A DNA stretch of 64,000 nt, from assembly GCA_963767835.1 (NCBI GenBank), contig CAVYFY010000029.1, forward strand, positions 40,871-104,870, written 5' to 3'. A model generated the notes under the pieces. It was not told the DNA's origin and ran no database searches. It worked only from the letters and a program-made list of their open reading frames with translations. The position numbers were made by a program, and so were the translations under genes. This stretch comes from an uncultured Planctomycetota bacterium (lineage in GTDB: Bacteria; Planctomycetota; Planctomycetia; Gemmatales; Gemmataceae). The stretch's first letter is position 1. Each line of letters opens with the position of its first letter. Of this stretch, positions 9,110-18,009 are shown in pieces.

Positions 9110-9993
9110 ATGAACGATGTCCGCCATGTTTCCGTCCTGCCCGATGAAGTACTGCACTGGCTCGATCCGCAGCCGGGCGAGGTCGTCGTCGATGCGACGG
9201 TCGGCGTCGGCGGTCATGCCGCCCGGCTCTGGGACCGCATCCAGCCCGATGGCACACTCATCGCTTTCGATCAAGATCCGGCCATGCTCGCGGTCGCCAT
9301 ACAGCGGCTGCCCGATCCTCGCATTCACTGGCGGCATGCGAACTTCGAGGATTTGCCTGCGGTTCTCGATGAATTGAATTGGCCCGTGGTCGACGCGATC
9401 CTGGCCGATCTCGGTTTTTGCTCCGATCAGATCAGCGATTCTGAGCGCGGCTTTAGCTTCCATACTGATGGCCCGCTCGACATGCGGCTCGATCCGACGC
9501 GCGGCGAACCGGCCAGCGCCCTGATTCGCCGGCTTGCCGAAAAAGACCTCGCCGACATCTTTTGGCAATACGGCGAGGAACGCTTCAGCCGGCGCGTGGC
9601 CCGGGCGATTGTGGAAACGCGGCAAGACGCGCCGATCGCGACGACCGGGCAACTCGCGGAGCTGGTTCGCCGCTGCGTGCCGCGCTCGCGCGGGCACGCC
9701 ATCGATCCAGCAACGCGCGTGTTCCAGGGCTTGCGCATCGCGGTCAACGATGAACTGGGCGTCTGGAAAGATTGCTCGATGTCGCGTTTGATTGCTTGAA
9801 GCCGGGCGGCAAGGTCGCGATCATCAGTTTCCATTCGCTGGAAGATCGCATGGTCAAACAGGCCTTTCGCAAATGCCCGGAATTGGTTAAAGAGCTTACC
9901 CGCAAACCCGTTCAGGCGAGCGCGGAGGAGATCCGGAACAATCCTCGCGCTCGCAGCGCCAAGTTGCGGGCAGCACAAAGAAGTAGGGATTAG
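9110..9993 (+). CDS. rsmH: 16S rRNA (cytosine1402-N4)-methyltransferase RsmH (MraW); apparent 1-nt frameshift near 9765
   Basis: [34 protein letters not shown], then in the adjacent frame [32 protein letters not shown]. Confidence 0.75.
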
Positions 9994-10103
9994 GGGCTAG
10001 GGGTTAGGGGTTAGACCTAATCCCCAACCCCTAATCTCTAGCCCCTGCATGATTAGGGGTTAGGAGTTAGACCCTAATCCCCAATCCCTAGCCCCTGCAT
10101 GAG
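9982..10103. repeat. tandem duplicated unit of inverted TTAGGGG-like heptamer arrays (G-rich then C-rich) ending at the RBS of the next gene
   Basis: ggggctaggggttaggggttag ... ctaatccccaacccctaatctctagcccctgcatga, then a second shorter copy ending ...tagcccctgcatgaGGAGAGGcaaATG. Confidence 0.8.
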
Positions 10104-10112
10104 GAGAGGCAA

Positions 10113-11615
10113 ATGACGCGCGAAACCAAGATTGGGTTGCTCGTGGCCGGTTCGTTTCTGTGTCTGGTTGCCGTGGTCGTGGCGTCGAAGTGGCGTGGCG
10201 GCGATGGCGGCGATGCGGAAGAGCAGACGGTTGCCCCTGGCGCGGTCTTGCACCCGACGCAGAATTCGCCGGATGCGAAACCAAAGGGGGAAGTACCGCC
10301 TCCGAAGTCCGCTGCCGTGGCCGCCGCGCAGGCGAAGGGCAAGGAGACGAAGAAAGAACTAACGCAAGAGGACGGCAAGCAGAAGGGTTTGCCGGGATTG
10401 TATATCGCCCCGGCGGCGACGCAGACGGAAGAAGCCGCCATCGAAAAGGATTTGGAACAGAAGCGTCTGGAGGCTCTTGCCAAGAAGATCGAGGAGGAAA
10501 AGAAGCGGCCCGAGGACGTGGGCACTCTGCCGGCATTGCCGGCGCAAGGCGAACCGGGAGTGCTGCCGGCATTGCCGAAGGCGGAGGTTGGCGCATTGCC
10601 GCCGTTGCCGAAGGCGGAGTTAGGCGCGTTGCCGCCTTTGCCGAACGCGGAAGTGGGTAAGTCGCCACAGGAGCAAGCTCTGGTCCCAGCGCCGACGCCA
10701 GAAGATTCGAAGACGCAGACGAAACGGGCCAAGGAGGGCGAAAAAAAGGCGGCGCAGGGAGGGATCGGCAGCGTGGAGATGCAACCGGTCAAGCCGTTCA
10801 ATGATAAGACGCCGCCGATGCCCGATTTGCCGAAGCCGGCGCCATTTGATCCGGTCGGAGGCGTGATCCCGGCGAAGCAGATCGACCCAGCGCCCGCGCC
10901 GAAGGGGCCCACGTTCGGTCAGTTGGAACCGTTGCCTGAGCCGACCAAGCCGGTCATTCCGTTTAGCGACCCGAAACCGCCGCCGCCGCTGCCCCCGGCC
11001 GCAATCAAGGAGCCCGGCCCGATCGCCGTGATTCCACCGACGGGAGGCACGCTGCTGCCGGCGCCGCCGATCATTGTCGGAGGCGGTCGTCACCCGTTGC
11101 CCGCGGTCAAGGATGTCAACATCGATGCTTACGAGTGCCAAAAAGGGGACAACACCTTCGATATCTTGAGCCTGCGCATGTACGGCACCGAAAAATATGC
11201 CGACGCGCTGTTGAAATACAATCGCGATCACAGCGGTATGGTCAAAAATGGCTCCACCCTCAACGTCAATCCGCCGATCCTGAATCCTGGGCAGCAAGTG
11301 CTCAAGCCGCCGCAGACGATCCTCGATAGCGATTATCGCTCCTTGGTTCGGAGCGCAACGCCGCAAGTGAGGATGGACGCGCCGACGCCGTTGACGCAGC
11401 CGCCCGGGCCGATCGCCAAAGTCTCCAATCCGCCGCGCCCCGGCCCTGGCGGCACCTACACCGTGCAGAACCCGGCCGGCGAAAGCATCCTCGACATCGC
11501 CGAGCGCGCGCTGGGCGACCGCAGCCAATGGCCCCGCATTTACAGCGCCAACCCGAATTACCCCCCGCAAAACCGCATCCCCGCCGGCACCACGCTGACG
11601 CTGCCGAGCAACTGA
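10113..11615 (+). CDS. membrane-anchored Pro-rich protein with two C-terminal LysM-like domains and 4x 11-aa tandem repeat
   Basis: N-terminal TM helix, coiled-coil KDLEQKRLEALAKKIEEEKK, and the repeat LPALPKAEVGA x4 at 10540-10660. LysM-like YECQKGDNTFDILSL and YTVQNPAGESILDIAERALGD. Confidence 0.7.
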   Translation: MTRETKIGLLVAGSFLCLVAVVVASKWRGGDGGDAEEQTVAPGAVLHPTQNSPDAKPKGEVPPPKSAAVAAAQAKGKETKKELTQEDGKQKGLPGLYIAPAATQTEEAAIEKDLEQKRLEALAKKIEEEKKRPEDVGTLPALPAQGEPGVLPALPKAEVGALPPLPKAELGALPPLPNAEVGKSPQEQALVPAPTPEDSKTQTKRAKEGEKKAAQGGIGSVEMQPVKPFNDKTPPMPDLPKPAPFDPVGGVIPAKQIDPAPAPKGPTFGQLEPLPEPTKPVIPFSDPKPPPPLPPAAIKEPGPIAVIPPTGGTLLPAPPIIVGGGRHPLPAVKDVNIDAYECQKGDNTFDILSLRMYGTEKYADALLKYNRDHSGMVKNGSTLNVNPPILNPGQQVLKPPQTILDSDYRSLVRSATPQVRMDAPTPLTQPPGPIAKVSNPPRPGPGGTYTVQNPAGESILDIAERALGDRSQWPRIYSANPNYPPQNRIPAGTTLTLPSN

Positions 11616-11624
11616 CCGGGCAAT

Positions 11625-11745
11625 GAGGAGCGAAACGGGCCTGGTGGCGATCCTGGACCCGCGCATGGTGACGAAGCAATACGGCCGGCGATTCCTGGAT
11701 GCGCTGCCGGGCTGCCAGCGGTTGGTGGATGGCGTGGAGGTGTGA
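11625..11745 (+). pseudogene. orphan duplicate of the last ~40 codons of dinG (gene fragment)
   Basis: 11625-11745 is ~85% identical to 8879-8999 (TRSDTGLVAILDPRMMTKQYGRRFLEALPGCRRFVDGVEL*). The upstream helicase body is absent. Confidence 0.7.
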
Positions 11746-11988
11746 ATCATACTAACCCGAAGCGCAAGCGAGGCTGGCAGCTACCCTCGCTGGCGCTTTG
11801 GGTTGGTATCGTCCGCCCGCCGAGCGCAAACCGCGAAAAATCCAAATCATTGCCGCCCGCCCCTTGCCAATCGCGTGCCGGTTCTTCATACTGCCTTAAC
11901 GCTAAGAATTTTGCTGCGTCTGCAACCTTCTTCCTCTCGCCGGAGTACATTGGAGGGGAGATAACGCCTTCACATCAAGGGGACATCC

Positions 11989-13731
11989 ATGTTCAAGAGA
12001 ATGGTGCTGGGCCTGTTGTTCATGCTGCTGCCGGGCGTCGCGCTGGGGCAGGGCGTGCAGGAAAGCTATCTGCCTGCCAAGAGCCAAATCTACTTCCGCT
12101 GGGACGGCATGCAGACCCATCGAGCCGCGTTCGACAAGACGGCGCTCGGCGTCATGATGAAGGGGGACACCGGCAAGTTCCTTGATGAACTGTGGGCCTT
12201 CGCTCACGAAAACCTGAAAAACGCTGCCCAGGCTGAGCCGAAGGTCGGCCCCTTGCTCAAGGATTTCACCAAGCTGCTCGGCACCATGCACACCCACGGC
12301 CTGGTGTTTGCTGTCGAGGTCGAACAAATCAAGCCGCAGCCGATGGTGCAGGCCGTCCTGGTGTTTCCGAAGGCCGCCGGCGAATCGGGCACCGTGATGC
12401 CGCTCATCCAGAAGATCGCCGAGGAGACCAAGGCCGATGTCAAGACGGTCAAAGTCGGTAAGCGCTTTGTCAATACGGTTGAAGTCGAATTGCTGAAGGT
12501 TGGCTGGTGGGGCCAGGGGAGCGACGCCGTCTTGTTCCTGGGCACAACCGATCCGGTCGCCTACGCCAGAGACATTGATTCCAAGAAAACCGGGCTGGCC
12601 GGCAATCCGCTTTACAAAAAGGTCGCGGGCTTCAAGGAATTTCCCACCGCCGCGCGCGGCTTCATCGACTTCAACAGCACCCTCAACATCATCGCCGACA
12701 TCGCTCCCCAGGCGGGCCCGATCATCGACGAGACCGGCCTGAAGGGGCTCAAAAGCATCAGTTTCATGTCCGGCTTCGACGGCCCGGCCGAGCGCTCGGT
12801 CGTGGACGTGGACATGCCTGGACCGCGCAAGGGCCTGCTCAGCTTGACCAGCCAGAAAAAGATCAGCCTCAAGAACCTTCCCGCGCTGCCTAACGACATC
12901 AGCGGCTTCAGTGCCGGCAGTGTCGCTTTCAACAAATCCTACGGCGAGTTCGTCAACCTCGCCCATGGCATCATCCGCGTTTTTGACGCCGACAAGGCCG
13001 ACGAAATCAAGGACGCGATCAAGAATTTCGAAGGCGCCGTCGGCGTGGATATCAGCCGCGATCTGTTCGGCAGCTTTGGCGATGTCATGGTTGCCTACAG
13101 CTCCGCGTCCGAAGGCATCCTCGGCACCGGCGCGGTCATCGCCATCCAGGTCAAGGACGGCAAGAAGATTGCCAGCACGCTCGACAAGCTGCTCAAAGGC
13201 ATCCCTGCCAACCCCCTCGGCGAGTTCGGCCTCAAGAGAAAGACCTATCGCGGCGGCGAAATCATTGAAATCGGCTCGAGCGGAAAATTAAACAGCCGCT
13301 TCGCCACCATCGGCCTCTACAAGGATTGGCTCATCTACGCCAGATATCCGCAGCCCATCAAGGGATTCATCATGCGTCAGGAAGGCGTTCTGCCGACGTG
13401 GAAGGCGGACCCTGCGCTCACCAAAATTCTGGCCCAGTTTCCCGAGGAATTCACGTCGATCACCGTTTCCGACCCCCGGCCGACCGTTCGCACAGTTTTG
13501 GCGGCGGCGCCGTTTGTCTTTGACACGATCAACTCCCTTGGCGCGTTTGCGCAATTAGGCGCCCAGTTCGGCGGCGGTGGCCCCGGATTCAATTACCGTC
13601 CGTTCGATATCGACACGATCCCGCACGCTCAGGAAGCGACTATGCATCTCTTCCCGAACGTAACCATCAGCACCGATGACGGCAAACGCATCCGCACGGA
13701 ATCGCGCAGCTCGATATCGCTGCCGTTCTGA
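11989..13731 (+). CDS. secreted hypothetical protein (580 aa)
   Basis: Signal peptide MFKRMVLGLLFMLLPGVALG and a continuous ORF with coding bias. I recognise no domain. Confidence 0.6.
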   Translation: MFKRMVLGLLFMLLPGVALGQGVQESYLPAKSQIYFRWDGMQTHRAAFDKTALGVMMKGDTGKFLDELWAFAHENLKNAAQAEPKVGPLLKDFTKLLGTMHTHGLVFAVEVEQIKPQPMVQAVLVFPKAAGESGTVMPLIQKIAEETKADVKTVKVGKRFVNTVEVELLKVGWWGQGSDAVLFLGTTDPVAYARDIDSKKTGLAGNPLYKKVAGFKEFPTAARGFIDFNSTLNIIADIAPQAGPIIDETGLKGLKSISFMSGFDGPAERSVVDVDMPGPRKGLLSLTSQKKISLKNLPALPNDISGFSAGSVAFNKSYGEFVNLAHGIIRVFDADKADEIKDAIKNFEGAVGVDISRDLFGSFGDVMVAYSSASEGILGTGAVIAIQVKDGKKIASTLDKLLKGIPANPLGEFGLKRKTYRGGEIIEIGSSGKLNSRFATIGLYKDWLIYARYPQPIKGFIMRQEGVLPTWKADPALTKILAQFPEEFTSITVSDPRPTVRTVLAAAPFVFDTINSLGAFAQLGAQFGGGGPGFNYRPFDIDTIPHAQEATMHLFPNVTISTDDGKRIRTESRSSISLPF

Positions 13732-13750
13732 TCGCGAAGATCCTTTTGAA

Positions 13751-15717
13751 ATCGGGTAGGAGGGGGAATTACTTCCCCCGTCCTCCCACACCACCGGACG
13801 TACTTTGCGTATCCGGCGGTTTCTGTTCTTGTTGATACCGGTCATACAGCTGGCTGAGGTTGGCCAAGCCCAAAGACTCGATCCAAGTCTGATTCATGGC
13901 GGTGTTGACGGCCGGACACGCCGACAGATGCCACCACCCCTTGTTCGACCCGGCGGTCATCCGCGCGTGGCGGACTGGAACGCCGTGGCTTTGCAAGAAG
14001 GCCGCGATCGTTCTGGTCCGTTTCAGTTGCTTCAACCGCACGCAGCGCAGCTTCCGACGAATCCAACTGTCCAATTCACGCAGCAAGGTCTTGCACTTCG
14101 CAAAACGGAAGTACGCGATCCAGCCCGTGAGAAAACTGTTGAGTTCGCCGGCCATCTCCTCGATTTCGATGCCTCGATTTCGACGAGTGATCTGCCGAAT
14201 GCGTTCCTTGACGCGTTCCTCACTCTTGGGCGCTGACTCCCAACTCCCCGCCGCGCAGAAGACGATAGCCGAGAAACTTGCGGTCCTCGACGTGTGCCAC
14301 GGCACTCTTCTCCCGATTGACGCGGAGCCGAAGTTTCCCTTCCAAGAACGCTGTCACCGACGCCAGCACCCGCTCGCCCGCTGCCTTCGACCGCATGTAG
14401 ATGTTGCAGTCGTCGGCATAGCGGCAGAAGCAGTGGCCACGCCGTTCCAGTTCCTTGTCCAGGTCGTCCAACAGCAGGTTCGCCAAGAGCGGCGAAAGCG
14501 GTCCGCCTTGCGGGGTCCCCTCGTGCCGAGCGACACACACGCCGTCTTGCATCATGCCCGCTTCCAGGAAGCGGCGAATGATCTTGAGCAGACGCTTGTC
14601 GCCGACACGCCGGGCCAATCGCGCCATCAGGATGTCATGGTTCACCCGGTCGAAGAATTTCTCCAGGTCCATGTCCACCACGATGGTTCGGCCCTCGGCC
14701 ACATACTCTTTCGCCTTGGCCAGAGCGGTGAATGCTCCGCGTCCCTTGCGAAAGCCATGGCTCGATGCCGAAAAGGTCGGGTCCAGAAGCGGGTCCAAAA
14801 CTTGCAGGATCGCCTGCTGCACCAAGCGGTCTACCACCGTCGGAATGCCCAACTGTCGCACTCCTCCGCCGGCCTTCGGGATTTGCACCCCGCGGATCGG
14901 CGACGGTTGATAACTCCCGTCGAGCAGCGAATCGGTGAATCCTTGCAGATGCTTGCGAACCCAGGGCAACAGTTCGCTGACGGTCATCCCGTCCACGCCT
15001 GCTGATCCTTTGTTCGCCCGCACGCGGTCAATTGCTTCGATCAAGTTCTGGGTCCGGGTCACCTCCTCCATCAGTCGGTCCGGCAAGGCACGTGCTTGGC
15101 CCGACGCCGCAGACGCTTGTGACTCCACGCACCCACCAGCTTCGGTCCCGCCGTCGCCAGTTGAGCCGGGGCGCAGCTCCTCCGCCTGCTCCGTAAACAG
15201 GAGCGTTTGGTAGTAGCTGCCTTGCTGTCGCTTCACGTCCATCGAGTCGTTCCAGACGGTCGCTTGCAAGAATAGATTCAGCCCTTCATCCGCTCTTGCG
15301 AGGCGGTTGGCCTCCCCGACGTGTGTTGCCCGCGCAGGATGGCACATCGCCGAACGAGCGGGTTACTACGGCCTCTGCTGACTTCTCCCTGGTCCATCCC
15401 ACGACGTTGCCGCCGCAGTAGTCCGGATCGACCGGACGGACGGGGAGATCTCCCAGGGTAAGTTGTGCATCCTTCGCTCGGTCTTCGCCGGATTTACCCG
15501 CGTCGCCTACGGAATGGCTATCAGGCGTCCCCGTCTCATGCCGGGTTACCCAACGACGCTGGCCTTGTATCCGATTTCTGTTCGTCGAATCCGAGTTGGG
15601 GGCATCGGCTTTCTTCAGATTCCGCCTCGCGACGGACACCCTTGCCTAGCCTTGCGGTTCGGGCCATCACCGCCCGCAGAGGACTTGCACCTCCTGAGAC
15701 ACAACATACCTGTGCAC
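13751..15717 (-). mobile_element. group II intron (IIC-like features), boundaries approximate within about 30 nt
   Basis: Encodes an RT/maturase. Putative domain V (accgccggatacgcaaagtacgtccggtggt, with a CGC triad) at 13796-13830 and domain VI with a bulged A at 13755-13789. A 5' GUGCA lies 6 nt after a hairpin at 15712-15717. Confidence 0.6.
13769..15071 (-). CDS. group II intron-encoded reverse transcriptase/maturase (IEP); frame break near 14225-14300
   Basis: RT motifs NKGSAGVDG, RQLGIPTVVDRLVQQA, FRKGRGAFTA, CFCRYADDCNIY; X/maturase domain IRRKLRCVRLKQLKRTRT...GWWHLS. Start taken at MEEVTRTQNL. The ORF tail reads through DV/DVI, so the true stop is uncertain. Confidence 0.75.
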
Positions 15718-15723
15718 AAGCAG

Positions 15724-15761
15724 AAGGCGTTGCACTCCGGTGCAACGCCTTCGATTTTTTT
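15724..15761 (+). terminator. canonical rho-independent terminator (12-bp GC stem, tccg loop, T7 tract), plausibly for gene 11989..13731 before the intron inserted
   Basis: aaggcgttgcac tccg gtgcaacgcctt cgattttttt read directly. Confidence 0.7.
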
Positions 15762-15784
15762 GGTAGCACTCCTCGATCTGGGCT

Positions 15785-16198
15785 TCAAAGTTCAATCAAC
15801 AAGTCGAACGCCCGATTCCTGCCCCAGCGGTAGATTCGAAAGTCGGTGTCGAGCGTCAAAATTCTCCCTGACCCCGTTTGCGTCGCGAGATCGACCAGGC
15901 AGGCGTCTGCCAGGTCCATTGGAACGTCGGCGTATTTCCTCATAAGGTAGGCAACGTCGGCGGCACGCGCGGAGAGCTTGAACGGCATTTGGTACGTGCC
16001 TTTTCGCACGTCATCAAGGATCGCGTCCGACGCCCCCGGCACGCGGCGCAGCAAGTAGCAACTCTCCATGATGACGGCTTCGCACGTGATGAGCGGCCCC
16101 GTCAGGTTCGTGACGATTCGCGCACAATGTTCGTGATAGTGTTCGGTTCGATCAAGAAAGGCGACAATGCAGCCTGTGTCTAAGAGCGTGGGTGTCAC
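15785..16198 (-). CDS. vapC: PIN-domain ribonuclease toxin (VapC family)
   Basis: N-terminal LLDTGCIVAFLD, then acidic residues at PIN positions (ESCYLL, TLDTDF). Overlaps the upstream small gene by 4 nt (GTGA). Confidence 0.7.
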   Translation of the reverse strand: MTPTLLDTGCIVAFLDRTEHYHEHCARIVTNLTGPLITCEAVIMESCYLLRRVPGASDAILDDVRKGTYQMPFKLSARAADVAYLMRKYADVPMDLADACLVDLATQTGSGRILTLDTDFRIYRWGRNRAFDLLIEL

Positions 16199-16428
16199 TT
16201 CCTGCCAAGCCCTTCGAGATGTTTCTTGTTTGAACCGAGGTCCGGGACTCCGGAGCAGAATTGCCCCATGCCAGTTATCTTAATCTTCCGGCGTTTGGTG
16301 GGCTTCTTCCCATTGGCCGGCCCGAGCGATTCTATCTGAACGCGCAATAATTGGCCAACCGGCAACTTCACCGGCTTCTCCGGCACGATGACCTTGCCGT
16401 CGAAATGTGCGATGATCGTTCGATTCAT
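16195..16428 (-). CDS. cognate antitoxin (VapB-like small DNA-binding protein)
   Basis: 77-aa ORF immediately upstream of and overlapping vapC, in the usual antitoxin-first operon order. Confidence 0.55.
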   Translation of the reverse strand: MNRTIIAHFDGKVIVPEKPVKLPVGQLLRVQIESLGPANGKKPTKRRKIKITGMGQFCSGVPDLGSNKKHLEGLGRK

Positions 16429-16481
16429 GACGTTACTCCCCGGGCAACGAGTTACGCTCGCTATTCTATTCGATTTGAGAC

Positions 16482-17426
16482 TCAGTTATCGGGCAACCAG
16501 CCATCGCTCGGTTCGCCGTCATTGCGCACGATCAACGCCCGCATCCTGGCCTCGGGAATATCCGGCGTGATAGCTCGGACCGTGCCGTCCATCATGCATG
16601 CGAGGATTATTGGGTTGGCACGAACAGAGCAGCAAAACGGCCATTCTCCGTTCCGAAAATACCGTTGCCCAAGTGGCGGCAGCGGAATTTCTGGCCCATA
16701 CAGGATGTCTGCCGGCTTCGACCACGGCACGTGCTCGTGTGCTTCAACGCACAGAATCGTGTAGCTCGTTCCATCCGGAAAATCGCGTGCCGAGTTCAAG
16801 AGCGCTCCTGGATCGAACGCCGTGCCCAGTCCGACAAATCCTTGCCAGGGCGTGTTGCCCGGCGTTTCATCGAAAAGCGTACTTCGGTACGTGATCGGTA
16901 TATTCTCGACAAGCGCGCGATTGGTTGGGCCATCCCATGGTTTTGTCAGGTCGAATTGTTGGTACAGGGGCAGGGCCTCGATATACGGGCAAACGCTGAC
17001 ACGCCAGCTCAGCATCGGCTCGCCCACTTGATTGCGGATGTCTGCTGCCAGGACCCCCTTTTCATCGTGATGCGAGTGTACGCCCAACCCAATTTGCTTC
17101 CCGTTGCTCGTCGTCATAAACCGAGGCCCCGTTTCCCGTATCCCTCCGAAAACGGCGTGGCTCACTATAAGGAAGCCCCAGAATAGCAAAAGCGGAATAA
17201 TGCCGAACTCGAATTTGACGCGCCGTTCATAGGGCGTGCGCCGCATATTGTGCCGAACCAATGACGCGATCAGTCCCGCGAGTGTGACGGCCGACAGGAT
17301 GACAAACGCACGTTGCAGGGCCAGCGATTCCATCGGGCATGCGGCCAGGCCAATGCCGAGCGTGATTCCACTCAAGGCCGCCGTCAGTGGTAGCAGTTGA
17401 TTTGCGAGGAAGGAAAGAATGGCCAT
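16482..17426 (-). CDS. DUF1559 (H-X9-DG) domain protein with N-terminal TM helices
   Basis: DGTSYTILCVEA (DUF1559 DGTSNTI motif) and a C-terminal H-X9-DG-like CMMDGTVRAI. Confidence 0.65.
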   Translation of the reverse strand: MAILSFLANQLLPLTAALSGITLGIGLAACPMESLALQRAFVILSAVTLAGLIASLVRHNMRRTPYERRVKFEFGIIPLLLFWGFLIVSHAVFGGIRETGPRFMTTSNGKQIGLGVHSHHDEKGVLAADIRNQVGEPMLSWRVSVCPYIEALPLYQQFDLTKPWDGPTNRALVENIPITYRSTLFDETPGNTPWQGFVGLGTAFDPGALLNSARDFPDGTSYTILCVEAHEHVPWSKPADILYGPEIPLPPLGQRYFRNGEWPFCCSVRANPIILACMMDGTVRAITPDIPEARMRALIVRNDGEPSDGWLPDN

Positions 17427-17840
17427 GAATAACCTCCGTGGCGAGCGCCATTAGATCGGATAATTCACCGCCGAGATCGCAGAGACCGCCGAGAAAACAC
17501 AAATGAGGCGAACAGAGGGATTACGATAAAAAAGGTCTACTGGGGCCAAAAACAGCCTTCATGTTGGCGTGTTGACACAGAGCCGGCCCATTTTTACTTC
17601 TGCGTTCTTGGCGATCTCTGCGGTGACTCATCCGGGTTAGGTGATTCGACATCGGCCAACACGGCCACACCTGCGTGGGTATTCAATGTACCCGACCCGC
17701 GCGCCTGATGCAATCTGCCAATCTTGGATTGCGCCCACCCGAACCTGGAAATTGCACGATCCGACCGAGTAGGCTGTGTGAGGAAACGCAAGGCCAGTTG
17801 CCTCTTTGCGCGGCCCCGACGTTGAGGATTCATTTCAAAA

Positions 17841-17861
17841 GGGGGGGGTGTGGGGTGTGGT
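17841..17861. repeat. G8 homopolymer inside a GT-rich tract in a 580-bp intergenic region
   Basis: aaaaggggggggtgtggggtgtggttg. Candidate slipped-strand or G4 site, or an assembly-error hotspot. Confidence 0.4.
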
Positions 17862-18009
17862 TGTCTGTGTGAAACGAATTGGCGCAAGCCTTTGTGCGCA
17901 AGCGGCATCGGCAGCGAAGATTCATTGCACGCTGCTTGCTCGATCTTGCCCGAATTCAAGTCTCACTTGATGAAACAGAGTTGACCGGTTATGGCCATGA
18001 GCAATCGTC

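Noticed and set aside
9982-10112. Possible CRISPR array or telomere remnant
   Set aside because: The repeats are 7-bp heptamers arranged as inverted arrays. There are no 25-40 bp direct repeats with unique spacers anywhere in the window, and no cas genes.
10088-10912. 274-aa minus-strand ORF plus several overlapping ORFs inside the LysM/Pro-rich gene
   Set aside because: Antisense or shadow frames of a GC- and proline-rich coding region. The plus-strand gene has a start, an RBS, a TM helix and LysM domains.
15724-15761. Hairpin as terminator for the minus-strand vapBC operon
   Set aside because: On the minus strand the stem is preceded by the A-tract rather than followed by a U-tract. The orientation fits a plus-strand terminator separated from gene 11989..13731 by the intron.
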